From: a bacterium
GTDB lineage: Bacteria; SZUA-182; DTGQ01
Direction: 5' to 3'
NCBI GenBank assembly: GCA_040752695.1
Contig: JBFMGO010000004.1
Coordinates: forward strand, 13,904-77,903
DNA: 64,000 nucleotides
This document shows, piece after piece, positions 46,119 through 56,794 of this stretch. The notes under the pieces were generated by a model, which was not told where the DNA came from, searched no databases, and saw only the letters and a list, made by a program, of their open reading frames with translations. How positions within the stretch are numbered: position 1 is the stretch's first letter; each line of letters starts with the position of its first letter. The position numbers were made by a program, and so were the translations under genes.

Positions 46119-47934
46119 AAACGATCCACTCTACCGGCGGATCATTTTGGTAACGGGATTTATCCTGATGGCCTTTTTCTGTATCACTATCCGTATTCTC
46201 TTCATGCAGATCATTGAGGGGGAGAAGTATCGAACGCTCTCTCAGAACAACCGGATTCGCCTGGTTCGGATTACCTCTCCCCGTGGTATTATCTATGACC
46301 GGAACCGGCGTATCTTAAGTGCCACCCGTCCCTCATACCAGGCTACGATCGTTCTGGAAGATACGGAGGATCTTGATTCGGAAATCGACTTTTTGAGTAA
46401 GATCCTGAAAGTACCTGCCACCAAGCTGCATGAGAAAATCAAGTCTTCTCCCCGACGGGGGCCATATAAGGAAATCATTCTCAAAAAAGATCTGACCTTC
46501 CTGGAGGTAGCCGCCCTAGAGGAGTTTAAACTGAACCTTCCTGGTGTGAATGTTGACGTAGGTACTGTTCGAAGCTATCCAGAAGGGGCTTTGGCCGGTC
46601 ACGTTCTGGGGTATGTAGGGGAGATCTCCGAGCGGCAATTGCACCAGGAAATGTATAAAGATGTTCATGCCGGGGATCAAATCGGCCAGTTCGGCCTGGA
46701 AAGGGTATGCAACAGGTTCCTGATCGGTCTTGATGGAGGCAAACAGATCGAAGTGGATGCCTGGGGGAGAGAAATGCAGGTTTTGGGATACGAAACCCCA
46801 CGGGCCGGAGATAATCTGGTTTTGACCGTTGATCTTGAGCTGCAAAAATTCATTGAGGAGCTTTTGGGGGGAAAGGCCGGAGCTATTGTCGTCATGGATA
46901 CCCGAAACGGAGAGGTCCTGGCTATGGTCAGCCATCCTTCTTTCAATCCCAATTCTTTTGCTTCGGGAATCAGTCAGAAGGAATGGTCCGAGCTCATCCA
47001 TAATTCCCAGTACCCTCTGCAGAACAGGGCCATTCAAAGCCATTATCCGCCCGGCTCTGTTTTCAAGATCATTGTGGCCATTGCCGGCCTTGAAACAGGG
47101 GCACTGAATGAGTCGACCACCTTTTACTGCGGCGGGCAGGTAAGTATTGGCCGCTGGACATGGAAGTGCTGGAAAAAAGGCGGCCATGGACGGCTCTCCC
47201 TGCATCAGGCAATCGTCCACTCCTGCAATGTCTTCTTTTACCAGGCAGGGGCCAAGATCGGTGCCGAGGCTATTGCCCATTATGCCCAGCTCTTCGGCCT
47301 CGGACAGCCAACGGGCATTCTTCTTGAAAACGAAGAATCCGGCTTCATCCCTACACCTGCCTGGAAGCAAAAGGCACTGAGAACCAAATGGTATCCAGGG
47401 GATACCCTGTCCATGTCCATTGGCCAGGGCTATATCTCGGTTACACCCTTGCAGGCGGTCAACTTCATAACCGCTGTAGCAAACGGGGGAACCCTGTACT
47501 GCCCCAAGCTGGTGCGGTCTGTTTTAAATTCCCAGGGGGAACCGATTCAGGAGCTTCCGTCTCAGGTCATTCGACAGATGAATATTTCTCCCAAGACTCT
47601 GGAAATTGTGCAGCGGGGAATGTTTGGAGTGGTGAACGAATATGGTACCGCCGCCAGGGCTATGATTCCCGATATTAAAGTAGCAGGAAAAACCGGGACC
47701 GCTCAGATGGTCAGCTTAAGGGACCAGGGGGAGAAGGAAGACCTGCCGGAAGAGCTCAAAGACCATGCCTGGTTCTGCGGTTACGCTCCTTTCGAGAACC
47801 CCGAGATTGCCCTGGCCGTCTTTGTCGAACATGGGGGCAAGGGAGGCGCAACCTGTGCTCCCATTGCCAAGGAAATCTTTCTTAAGTACTTTCAGCTCAA
47901 ACAGGAAAGGTTGGAGGCGAAAGGAAATGTTTGA
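46096..47934 (+). CDS. mrdA: Penicillin-binding protein 2 (elongasome transpeptidase)
   Basis: 612 aa with a TM anchor and a PBP dimerisation domain. Transpeptidase motifs are SVFK (SxxK), SCN (SxN) and KTGT. Confidence 0.95.
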   Translation: MTELMQDKNDPLYRRIILVTGFILMAFFCITIRILFMQIIEGEKYRTLSQNNRIRLVRITSPRGIIYDRNRRILSATRPSYQATIVLEDTEDLDSEIDFLSKILKVPATKLHEKIKSSPRRGPYKEIILKKDLTFLEVAALEEFKLNLPGVNVDVGTVRSYPEGALAGHVLGYVGEISERQLHQEMYKDVHAGDQIGQFGLERVCNRFLIGLDGGKQIEVDAWGREMQVLGYETPRAGDNLVLTVDLELQKFIEELLGGKAGAIVVMDTRNGEVLAMVSHPSFNPNSFASGISQKEWSELIHNSQYPLQNRAIQSHYPPGSVFKIIVAIAGLETGALNESTTFYCGGQVSIGRWTWKCWKKGGHGRLSLHQAIVHSCNVFFYQAGAKIGAEAIAHYAQLFGLGQPTGILLENEESGFIPTPAWKQKALRTKWYPGDTLSMSIGQGYISVTPLQAVNFITAVANGGTLYCPKLVRSVLNSQGEPIQELPSQVIRQMNISPKTLEIVQRGMFGVVNEYGTAARAMIPDIKVAGKTGTAQMVSLRDQGEKEDLPEELKDHAWFCGYAPFENPEIALAVFVEHGGKGGATCAPIAKEIFLKYFQLKQERLEAKGNV

Positions 47935-49024
47935 CCGCAGATTGCTGACGAACTTCGACTGGTCTTTACTGGGGGCAGTTTTTCTGCTGATACTGTGCGG
48001 CATCATTTTGATTTACAGTGCTACCCATAGTTCTCCCAGTGCCATGAGCAGGAATCTTTTCCGACGACAAACCTACTGGGCTATGATAGCTACTTTCTGC
48101 CTCCTTTTGACCATCAGTGTCGATTACCATCAGATCATCCGCTATGGTTCTTTTTTTTATATCATTGACAACATCCTTCTGATCTACCTTCTGGCCGGAG
48201 GAGGGGGAGGCAAGGCCGGAGTCAATCGCTGGATCAGCTTTATGGGCGTCTCCGTACAGCCCTCTGAGTTCAGCAAAGTTATCATGGTCCTGATCCTGGC
48301 CGGCTACCTTTCCCGGCGCTATAAAGAAGACATCCGGATGCGGGAAATGGCCACTCTTCTTATCCTGCTCAGCATTCCCCTCGTCCTGGTAGTGAAACAG
48401 CCGGATTTGGGGTCCGCTCTGATGCTTTTGCCTATTTTTCTGATAATGATTCTGGTGGCCGAAGTGCCTCTGAGATGGCTGCTCTTTTTGGGTGCAGGAG
48501 GCTTATCCGCCCTGCCGATCGCCTGGCGGCACCTCAAACCCTACCAGATCAACCGCATACTCAGCTTCGCCAAGCCCAACCTTGACCCTCTCGGCATCGG
48601 CTACCAGGTGCTGCAATCTAAAATTGCCGTTGGATCAGGAGGAGGCTTCGGCAGAGGGTTTTTAGCCGGAACCCAGAGCCAGCTCAGGTTCATCCCTCAG
48701 CATCATACCGATTTTATTTTTTCCGTTCTGGCCGAAGAGTGGGGTTTTGTCGGCTGCATCGTGGTCATCGGTCTCTTTCTGTTCATCATCCTTAAAGGCA
48801 TCGATTTCGCCCTTCATGCCAAAGACCGGCTGGGCACAATCATGGCCATGGGAATTGTCAGCATATTCTCCTTCCATGTGATCACCAATGTCAGCATGGT
48901 CATCGGTCTTATGCCGGTCACCGGGATACCTCTTCCTTTCATAAGCTATGGGGGAACATCTCTTTTGACCAACATGATAGCCATCGGCCTTTTACTCAAT
49001 ATCCGCATGCGCAGGTTCAGTTAA
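47927..49024 (+). CDS. rodA: Peptidoglycan glycosyltransferase RodA (SEDS family)
   Basis: The start is set at ATG 47927 (MFDRRLLTNFDWSLLG), overlapping the mrdA stop. Also QPSEFSKV, KQPDLGSA, and HTDFIFSVLAEEWGF typical of SEDS proteins. The track start at 47765 lies inside mrdA. Confidence 0.93.
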   Translation: MFDRRLLTNFDWSLLGAVFLLILCGIILIYSATHSSPSAMSRNLFRRQTYWAMIATFCLLLTISVDYHQIIRYGSFFYIIDNILLIYLLAGGGGGKAGVNRWISFMGVSVQPSEFSKVIMVLILAGYLSRRYKEDIRMREMATLLILLSIPLVLVVKQPDLGSALMLLPIFLIMILVAEVPLRWLLFLGAGGLSALPIAWRHLKPYQINRILSFAKPNLDPLGIGYQVLQSKIAVGSGGGFGRGFLAGTQSQLRFIPQHHTDFIFSVLAEEWGFVGCIVVIGLFLFIILKGIDFALHAKDRLGTIMAMGIVSIFSFHVITNVSMVIGLMPVTGIPLPFISYGGTSLLTNMIAIGLLLNIRMRRFS

Positions 49025-49147
49025 AAGATACGTGATTTTTAGAATTTTTGCCACTATTATTCCGGCTAAACCATCCGATATACTTCAAAAGGGAGTCATC
49101 ACCCTTGTTCTTTGAATATCAAAAGGAACGTTTTTCAAGGTATTCTC

Positions 49148-49176
49148 TTGCATTTTCAGCACAACGACACTATAAT
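49148..49176 (+). promoter_or_regulatory. Putative sigma-70 promoter for pssA-leu-asd (TTGCAT-N17-TATAAT)
   Basis: TTGCAT at 49148-49153, a 17-nt spacer, and TATAAT at 49171-49176. This predicts a ~180-nt leader before pssA. Confidence 0.5.
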
Positions 49177-49363
49177 AAAATTCAAACCTCAAGTGGTGTT
49201 CGGATTACTCTTACTGCCTTTGGCCCCCAAAAGGCTATGAGATTAAAGGAGAAAGTGACGCGGGGCGATGCGGGATATCTGCCTTGAACCCGACATGATG
49301 AGGTAAACACGTCACCTTTTTCTTCACTGCACCAAAGGTGAGGAAAACAGGAAGGAGTTCCAT

Positions 49364-50137
49364 ATGAAAAAAGGTATCTACATACTTCCCAACTTATTTA
49401 CTCTAGCAAATATGCTTTGTGGATTTTATTCGATCATCTCCACCATCGATGGCCGGTTTCATCATGCTGCTGTGGCCATTTTTGTGGCCGCCCTCTTCGA
49501 CGGACTGGATGGGAGAATTGCAAGGCTTACCGGGACATGCAGCCGTTTTGGTGTAGAATTCGATTCTCTCGCGGATTTACTTTCCTTTGGCATGGCTCCT
49601 GCCCTTCTCATCTACCTGTGGGCACTCCATCCGTATCAGAGGATCGGCTGGCTGGCCGCTTTTCTGTTCGTTATCTGCGGGGCCTTGCGCCTGGCTCGTT
49701 TTAATGTACAGGTGTACTCTCCCGAGAGTAAAAACCATTTCACCGGACTGCCGATCCCGGCGGCTGCCAGTACCATAGCATCATTTGTCCTTTTGCATCA
49801 GTTTCTCTTTGGCGATGAGGGAAGTAAACCGATCTTCATTGCCGGGCTGGCGTACCTTCTGGCCTTCCTGATGGTGAGCAATATTAAATATCGCAACTTC
49901 AAGCAATTGAAACTACGAGAGCGAAAGCCGTTCAACCTTCTCGTGCTTATGTCCTTAGTGCTCCTTGTCATTCTAGCTCAGCCTCAGATCATGGTCTTTA
50001 TCCTAATCTCCGGGTATGTTCTTTCTGGTTTAGTGGAAAAAATCTTTCTTCACAAGTTTGAGGGCACGTATGAGATCTCCCCGGAAAAGAGGAAGCGTTT
50101 TGTCAGCCTGTCCCACTTTCATGGAAGGAGAAAATGA
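49364..50137 (+). CDS. pssA: CDP-diacylglycerol--serine O-phosphatidyltransferase
   Basis: 257 aa with the CDP-alcohol phosphotransferase motif DGLDGRIARLTGTCSRFGVEFDSLADLLSFG. There is an ATGA overlap with leuA. Confidence 0.92.
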   Translation: MKKGIYILPNLFTLANMLCGFYSIISTIDGRFHHAAVAIFVAALFDGLDGRIARLTGTCSRFGVEFDSLADLLSFGMAPALLIYLWALHPYQRIGWLAAFLFVICGALRLARFNVQVYSPESKNHFTGLPIPAAASTIASFVLLHQFLFGDEGSKPIFIAGLAYLLAFLMVSNIKYRNFKQLKLRERKPFNLLVLMSLVLLVILAQPQIMVFILISGYVLSGLVEKIFLHKFEGTYEISPEKRKRFVSLSHFHGRRK

Positions 50138-51693
50138 TGAACCAGGTTATAATCTTCGATACTACCTTGCGAGATGGAGAGCAATCCCCGGGGGCCAGTC
50201 TTAATCAAGATGAAAAGCTTATGGTGGCCGAACAACTGGCCAGACTAAAGGTTGACGTAATCGAGGCCGGCTTTCCCATTTCCTCCGAGGGTGATTTTCT
50301 GGCGGTCAGGGAAATTGCCAAAAAAATTTCAGGGCCAACCATAGCTGCGCTTGCCCGTGCTACTCAGAAAGACATCGATCGTGCCTTCGAGGCGATTCAG
50401 CATTCGGAAAAACCGCGCATTCACCTGTTCCTGGCCACATCTGATATCCATTTGAAATATAAGCTTAAAAAGAGTAGAGAAGAAGTTTTACACCTGGCCA
50501 TAGAGTCGATCCGGTACGCAAAAAAATATCTTCCCGACGTGGAGTTTTCCGCAGAGGACGCCTTCCGGTCAGACCGGGATTTTCTGTGTCAGGTCGTCAC
50601 AGAAGCCATTAAAGCTGGTGCCGCCACCGTCAATATTCCCGATACGGTCGGCTATGCCATCCCTTCTGAGTTTGGAGCACTGATCGGTTACCTGTTCGAA
50701 CACGTCCCGAACATCAATGAGGCATGCATCAGCGTCCATTGCCATAACGACCTTGGTATGGCGGTAGCCAACTCTCTGGCTGCTGTCCAACATGGTGCAC
50801 GGCAGGTCGAATGCACCATCAACGGGCTGGGAGAGCGAGCCGGAAATGCTGCTCTTGAAGAGGTGGTCATGGCGCTTTCGACCCGCAGGCCCCTGTTTGG
50901 CGTCACTTGCGGAATCAAGACCGACGAGATCATGAAGTCAAGCCGTCTGGTCAGTCACCTTACCGGCCTGGTCGTTCAGCGGAACAAAGCCATTGTCGGA
51001 GAAAATGCCTTTGCCCACGAATCTGGGATTCACCAGGATGGCTTTTTGAAGGAAAAATCCACCTACGAGATCATGACTCCGGAATCGGTCGGCCTGAAAG
51101 AAAGCAAACTGGTTTTAGGAAAGCATTCTGGAAGACATGCCTTTACCGAGAAGCTGAAGGATATGGGCTATAACCTTACTCCCGAAGAAATCGAAAAAAC
51201 CTTCATCAAGTTCAAGGACCTGGCTGATAAGAAAAAAGATATTTTCGATGAGGACCTGCGGCTCATCATGGAGGAAGGAATCCACCAGATCCCGGAAACC
51301 TTTACTCTTGAATACATTCAAATCAGCAGCGGGGACAAAACGATTCCTACATCCACGGTTGGCTTGCGGCGGGCAGATGGTGAGGTTTTTCTGGAGGCAT
51401 CCTACGGAGACGGTCCTGTTGATGCCACCTATAAATGTATCGATCAAATCACCGGTATGTCAGGAAAGCTTTTAAGCTATTCGATCCAATCCGCTACGGT
51501 AGGTAAGGATGCCCTGGGAAATGTACATATTCAGGTCCGGTTTGACGGTCAGGTCATTACCGGACGAAGTTCCTCATCGGATATTATCATTGCCAGTGCC
51601 AATGCTTACCTGAACGCTATCAATAAGGTCCTGTATATGAATAAAAATGTGCAAAAGGAAGAAAAACAAAAAGGTGAAGCTGTATGCCAATGA
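50134..51693 (+). CDS. leuA: 2-isopropylmalate synthase
   Basis: 519 aa with [32 protein letters not shown] and a C-terminal LeuA allosteric domain. Confidence 0.95.
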   Translation: MMNQVIIFDTTLRDGEQSPGASLNQDEKLMVAEQLARLKVDVIEAGFPISSEGDFLAVREIAKKISGPTIAALARATQKDIDRAFEAIQHSEKPRIHLFLATSDIHLKYKLKKSREEVLHLAIESIRYAKKYLPDVEFSAEDAFRSDRDFLCQVVTEAIKAGAATVNIPDTVGYAIPSEFGALIGYLFEHVPNINEACISVHCHNDLGMAVANSLAAVQHGARQVECTINGLGERAGNAALEEVVMALSTRRPLFGVTCGIKTDEIMKSSRLVSHLTGLVVQRNKAIVGENAFAHESGIHQDGFLKEKSTYEIMTPESVGLKESKLVLGKHSGRHAFTEKLKDMGYNLTPEEIEKTFIKFKDLADKKKDIFDEDLRLIMEEGIHQIPETFTLEYIQISSGDKTIPTSTVGLRRADGEVFLEASYGDGPVDATYKCIDQITGMSGKLLSYSIQSATVGKDALGNVHIQVRFDGQVITGRSSSSDIIIASANAYLNAINKVLYMNKNVQKEEKQKGEAVCQ

Positions 51694-52952
51694 CCATTAC
51701 TGAAAAGATCCTGGCAGCCCATACCGGCAAAGACCAGGTTAAAGCGGGTGAATTTATCGAGGCCCACGTAGATATCGCCCTGGGAAACGATGTCACTGCA
51801 CCGATAGCCATTCGCGAATTCGAATCCTTTGGAGCCAGGGAGGTATTTGACCGGAACCGACTGGTCCTGGTCCCCGATCACTACGCTCCCAATAAAGATA
51901 TCAAATCCGCTGAACAATGTAAAGTTATGCGTGAATTTGCACGCAAACATCAGATTACCAACTACTTTGAAGTCGGACAGATGGGAGTGGAACACGCTCT
52001 TTTACCTGAAAAGGGACTGACCCTTCCCGGAGACCTGATCATCGGAGCTGATTCTCATACCTGCACTTATGGAGCACTGGGAGCTTTTTCTACCGGGGTG
52101 GGCAGTACGGATCTGGCCGCAGTGATGATCAGCGGCAAAATCTGGCTCAAGGTTCCCGAATCGATCAGGATTGCCTTTGAAGGACCTTTAAACCCATGGG
52201 TATCAGGAAAAGACCTCATCCTCTATACTATCGGGAGGATCACCGTTGATGGAGCGCTCTACATGTCCATGGAATTTACCGGCTCCACCATATCCGGTCT
52301 CGATATGGACAGCAGGCTCAGCATCTGCAATATGGCTATCGAAGCTGGTGCCAAAAACGGAATCATCGCTCCGGATGAGACCACGCTGCTTTATGTCAAA
52401 GAAAGGGCAAAACGTACCTTTTCCACTCAAAAGAGCGATCCTGACGCCCATTACCATAAGACATATCAATTTCGCTCAGAGGACATCCAGCCTCAGGTTG
52501 CACTTCCGCCGCTGCCCGAAAACAGCCGCTCTGTTGATGAAATCGGGGATATTCCCATCGACCAGGTGGTGATCGGCTCCTGCACCAATGGACGGATATC
52601 AGACCTTCGCCAGGCTGCCACGATTCTAAAGGGCAACAAGGTGAGCAATACGGTGCGGCTGATTATCATTCCTGCAACCCAGAGTATCTATCGACAGGCC
52701 ATGGACGAAGGGCTCTTTCACATTTTTCTGGAAGCCGGGGCAGCTATCAGCACACCCACCTGTGGCCCGTGCCTGGGAGGGTATATGGGTGTCCTGGCTG
52801 CTGGAGAACGTTCACTGGCTACCACCAACCGGAATTTTATCGGCAGAATGGGACACCTTCAAAGTGAGGTCTACCTTTCAAATCCAGCCGTAGCCGCTGC
52901 CTCAGCCATCACCGGGAAAATCAGCCATCCCAGAGAAGTTATCTCTGATTAA
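51684..52952 (+). CDS. leuC: 3-isopropylmalate dehydratase large subunit (type 2 / archaeal-like)
   Basis: 422 aa, aconitase family, with GADSHTCTYGALG, GSCTNGR and the CGPCLG Fe-S ligand motifs. Confidence 0.93.
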   Translation: MPMTITEKILAAHTGKDQVKAGEFIEAHVDIALGNDVTAPIAIREFESFGAREVFDRNRLVLVPDHYAPNKDIKSAEQCKVMREFARKHQITNYFEVGQMGVEHALLPEKGLTLPGDLIIGADSHTCTYGALGAFSTGVGSTDLAAVMISGKIWLKVPESIRIAFEGPLNPWVSGKDLILYTIGRITVDGALYMSMEFTGSTISGLDMDSRLSICNMAIEAGAKNGIIAPDETTLLYVKERAKRTFSTQKSDPDAHYHKTYQFRSEDIQPQVALPPLPENSRSVDEIGDIPIDQVVIGSCTNGRISDLRQAATILKGNKVSNTVRLIIIPATQSIYRQAMDEGLFHIFLEAGAAISTPTCGPCLGGYMGVLAAGERSLATTNRNFIGRMGHLQSEVYLSNPAVAAASAITGKISHPREVISD

Positions 52953-53023
52953 TCGAAGAGCTTTTGCATACATATGGCAGTCGCGAAGCTTATAAATCAA
53001 AAGAAACACAGAAAGTGAGAATT

Positions 53024-53518
53024 ATGAAAGCAATCGTTGGCAAGGCATGGAAATATCAGGATAATATTAATACTGATGAGATCATTCCAGCTAAATATCT
53101 GAATACTTCCGACCCGAAAGAACTGGCCCGGTATTGCATGGCGGGTATCGATGAAGGGTTTGTTCTTAAGGTTTCCCCAGGAGACCTGATTGTAGCCGGA
53201 GAAAATTTCGGCTGTGGATCATCCCGTGAGCATGCACCCTGGGCTATCAAAGAAGCGGGGGTTTCGTGTGTCATCGCTAAAACCTTTGCCCGGATTTTCT
53301 TCCGAAACGCTATCAATATCGGTTTGCCGATTATAGAATGCAAAGAGGCTGCCGAAGAAATACAGGAAGAGGATACTATCGAAGTTGATATTGACGCCGG
53401 GAAAATTATCAATCGCACCCAGCAAAAAGAATACACTATCATAGCCTACCCTGAATTTATGCAAAAGCTGATTACCGCAGGCGGACTGATGAATTACCTA
53501 AAGGCCAGCCATGGATAA
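53024..53518 (+). CDS. leuD: 3-isopropylmalate dehydratase small subunit
   Basis: The start is set at ATG 53024 (MKAIVGKAWKYQDNINTDEIIPAKYL). The aconitase swivel motif is GENFGCGSSREHA. Confidence 0.92.
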   Translation: MKAIVGKAWKYQDNINTDEIIPAKYLNTSDPKELARYCMAGIDEGFVLKVSPGDLIVAGENFGCGSSREHAPWAIKEAGVSCVIAKTFARIFFRNAINIGLPIIECKEAAEEIQEEDTIEVDIDAGKIINRTQQKEYTIIAYPEFMQKLITAGGLMNYLKASHG

Positions 53519-53629
53519 GTGACTATTTTTTGATGCATCCGCTTTATTGATTTTCTTAATCAGGTTAATCTACCAGGAATCTCTACTTAAAAAACATTTA
53601 ATTTCGTATGGAGGAACATTACAGGTATT

Positions 53630-54700
53630 ATGGCTAAATGGAAAATTGCAGTCATTCCGGGAGATGGAATTGGCCCGGAAGTGATTCGAGAAGGATTGAA
53701 AGTACTGGATTCACTCTCTAAAGTTACTGATTTTTCTTATGAAAAGGTAGAATACGACTTCAGTGGAGACCGTTACCTGGCGACCGGCAAGATTATTTCG
53801 GATTCGGACCTGTCTGAATTGCGTCAGATGGATGCTATTTATCTTGGAGCAGTAGGGCACCCTGGGGTTAAAACGGGTATAATGGAAAAAGAGGTTTTAC
53901 TGCGGCTTCGCTTCGAACTGGATCTCTACATCAATCTGCGTCCGGTAAAGCTCTATCCTGGCGTATGGACTCCTTTAAAAGACAAGGGGCCGAAGGAAAT
54001 CGACTTTGTCGTGGTCAGGGAAAACACCGAAGGACTGTATATTGGCGTGGGTGGATTCTTTAAAAAAGGGACTCCTGACGAAATAGCCACTCAGGAGTTG
54101 ATCAATACCCGAAAGGGTGTCGAGCGGTGTATCCGGTATGCATTTGAATATACCAAAGAAAGGAACATGAGAAAAAAACTGACCCTGTGCGATAAATCGA
54201 ATGTTCTGACCTATGCCCATGACCTGTGGCAGCGGACCTTCAAAGAGGTCGGGAGCGAATTTCCTGACATCGAGAAAGATCATGCTCATGTTGATGCCAC
54301 CTGCATGTGGATGGTAAAAAATCCTGAATGGTTTGATGTCATTGTAACCTGCAATATGTTTGGAGACATTATCACCGACCTTGGCGCTGCGATTCAAGGA
54401 GGAATGGGGATAGCAGCTTCCGGAAACATCAACCCGAAGGGTTTATCCATGTTCGAGCCTATTCATGGATCAGCCCCGAAGTACACGGGAAAGAATGTGA
54501 TCAACCCCCTGGCCACGATATCCGCGGGGCAGATGATGCTCGATCATCTGGGAGAAAAGCATGCCTCGAAACTGCTTGAAGATGCTATCGTATCTGCTCT
54601 GGCCAGTGGGAAGCTGAAAGATTTGTCTGCACACAGCGGAGTGAGCACATCCGAAGTTGGTGATATGATCGTCGATTACATCAATCAGGCTGCTTTATAA
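53630..54700 (+). CDS. leuB: 3-isopropylmalate dehydrogenase
   Basis: 356 aa with [31 protein letters not shown] and the HGSAP motif. Confidence 0.93.
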   Translation: MAKWKIAVIPGDGIGPEVIREGLKVLDSLSKVTDFSYEKVEYDFSGDRYLATGKIISDSDLSELRQMDAIYLGAVGHPGVKTGIMEKEVLLRLRFELDLYINLRPVKLYPGVWTPLKDKGPKEIDFVVVRENTEGLYIGVGGFFKKGTPDEIATQELINTRKGVERCIRYAFEYTKERNMRKKLTLCDKSNVLTYAHDLWQRTFKEVGSEFPDIEKDHAHVDATCMWMVKNPEWFDVIVTCNMFGDIITDLGAAIQGGMGIAASGNINPKGLSMFEPIHGSAPKYTGKNVINPLATISAGQMMLDHLGEKHASKLLEDAIVSALASGKLKDLSAHSGVSTSEVGDMIVDYINQAAL

Positions 54701-54731
54701 CATTGATCTATAAAAGTGCAAAGGATAATCT

Positions 54732-55787
54732 ATGGATGGAAAAAAAGAATTTGTCGTTGCCGTAGCCGGAGCTACCGGAGCAGTCGGCAGGGAAATGATC
54801 TCCACGCTGGAAGGGCGGTGTTTTCCGGTCAAGAAATTGGTCCCTTTGGCTTCCATACGATCAGCCGGTAGCCGGGTTACCTTCAACAATGAGGAAATCG
54901 TCGTCAGGGAATTAAAAGATGATTCATTTGAGGGTGTTGATGTTGCCCTCTTTTCCGCCGGTGCTTCGGTCAGCCGGGAGTTTGCTCCCAAGGCCGTCAA
55001 GTCCGGGGCTGTTGTTATCGATAACAGCAGCGCTTTCCGTATGGATGACGATGTACCTCTGGTGGTTCCGGAAGTGAATCCAGAGGCTATCTTTACCCAT
55101 AGGGGAATCATCGCCAATCCCAATTGCTCCACCATTCAGATGGTGGTGGCTTTAAAACCCATTCACGACCGGGCCAGAATTAAACGTATTGTCGTCAGTA
55201 CCTATCAGGCCGTTTCCGGCACCGGGAAGAAGGCTATGGACGAATTATTGCAGCAGACTCAGATGATCCTTAATTTTAAAAAAGACGACATCAAGCCTAA
55301 AGTATATCCTCATCAGATTGCCTTCAACTGTCTTCCCCATATCGATATTTTCCTGGAGAACAGTTATACCAAGGAAGAGATGAAAATGGTCAACGAAACC
55401 AGGAAAATTATGGGAGATCCTTCCATTATGTTGACCTCCACTACCGTGAGGGTTCCGGTCTTTATCGGACATTCCGAGGCTGTAAATGTCGAGACGCAAA
55501 CCAAGGTTACTGCTTCAGAATGCCGCGAATTGCTGAAAAAAGCTCCTGGAGTAATCGTGGTGGATGACCCCTCTCACAATCTTTATCCCCTCGCTATTGA
55601 AGCAGCGGGCAAGGATGAAGTCTTCGTCGGCAGAATCAGGGAGGATGAATCCATAGAGTGCGGGTTAAATATGTGGGTTGTGGCAGATAACCTCCGCAAA
55701 GGTGCGGCCTTGAATGCGGTACAGATTGCTGAGATCCTCGTCGGGCACAAGGTAATGAAGGCTGTTATCGATGTAGAGTATAAATAA
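54732..55787 (+). CDS. asd: Aspartate-semialdehyde dehydrogenase
   Basis: 351 aa with VAVAGATGAVGREM, active-site NPNCSTIQ, and YQAVSGTG. Confidence 0.95.
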   Translation: MDGKKEFVVAVAGATGAVGREMISTLEGRCFPVKKLVPLASIRSAGSRVTFNNEEIVVRELKDDSFEGVDVALFSAGASVSREFAPKAVKSGAVVIDNSSAFRMDDDVPLVVPEVNPEAIFTHRGIIANPNCSTIQMVVALKPIHDRARIKRIVVSTYQAVSGTGKKAMDELLQQTQMILNFKKDDIKPKVYPHQIAFNCLPHIDIFLENSYTKEEMKMVNETRKIMGDPSIMLTSTTVRVPVFIGHSEAVNVETQTKVTASECRELLKKAPGVIVVDDPSHNLYPLAIEAAGKDEVFVGRIREDESIECGLNMWVVADNLRKGAALNAVQIAEILVGHKVMKAVIDVEYK

Positions 55788-56017
55788 CCGGTCTTGGAAA
55801 CCTGAGAACTCAGGTGGCGGAACCGGTAAGACAAGGAGACACAAAGCAAAGGGATAGCGCATAAAGGACGGGGATTTTAAAACGGGATTGAGCCGAATTC
55901 CAGGGGGAAAAAAAACGAGGGGTTCCTCTCTTGTCGAATTTTCCGGACCATGCACGCCTCTTCCATAGATGGAGGGAGTTAAGGTCGATAAGAGAAAATG
56001 AGGAGGACTTATTGGCG

Positions 56018-56794
56018 ATGCCACAGGAAAAGGCGGGAAAAGCGCTTCTGATCTACCCCGATCTGTGCATTGCCTGCCGGTCGTGTCAGGTCGCCTGCAA
56101 GCAATGGAATAATCTGCCTGCTGAATCCACAACGAACTGCGGCTCCTATGAAAATCCTGCCGGGCTCTCATTCCATACCTATACCCGGATCCATTTCCAG
56201 GAGCGCAAAACTACCCGGGGGATTCAATGGCTTTTTCTCAAGCAACAATGCTATCACTGTACCGATGCTGCCTGTATGCTGGTATGCCCTTCGCCGGGAG
56301 CCATATCAAGAACCGACGAAGGGGCAGTAATCCTCAACCCTGACAAATGCATTGGCTGTAAGTACTGTGTGCAAATGTGCCCTTTTGGATCGATTCAGTT
56401 CGATCCTGTTACCCGTAAGGTCAGTAAGTGCCACCTGTGCCACGATCGAATCACCATGGGAGCGCAACCGGCCTGCTCGCTGGCATGCCCGACCGGCGCT
56501 GTTCGCTACGGCGACCGAAAAGCGCTCATCCAGCAGGCCAGGCTCTTGGGATATCAAACCATTTACGGTGAAAAGGAAGTCAAAGGATTGCACGTACTGT
56601 TCGCTCTGCATGCTCCTGCTCAGGATTATGGTTTACCTCCGAACCCCAGGGTACCGGTCGCTGTTTTTTGGTGGAAGCGCATCTTCAGGCCGCTTCTGGG
56701 AGGGGGGAGCGGAATCGCCCTTTTAGGGATTCTGGTCCATTTCTTCCAGCGCACCATACGAAGTCATGGGCAGCACGGAGACCCGGAGTCATGA
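56018..56794 (+). CDS. FdnH/HybA-like four-cluster 4Fe-4S electron-transfer subunit with a C-terminal membrane anchor
   Basis: The start is set at ATG 56018 after AGGAGG; the track start is 55931. Cys clusters: CIACRSCQVAC, CYHCTDAACMLVCP, CIGCKYCVQMCP and CHLC...CSLACP. C-terminal TM: IALLGILVHFF. Confidence 0.8.
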   Translation: MPQEKAGKALLIYPDLCIACRSCQVACKQWNNLPAESTTNCGSYENPAGLSFHTYTRIHFQERKTTRGIQWLFLKQQCYHCTDAACMLVCPSPGAISRTDEGAVILNPDKCIGCKYCVQMCPFGSIQFDPVTRKVSKCHLCHDRITMGAQPACSLACPTGAVRYGDRKALIQQARLLGYQTIYGEKEVKGLHVLFALHAPAQDYGLPPNPRVPVAVFWWKRIFRPLLGGGSGIALLGILVHFFQRTIRSHGQHGDPES

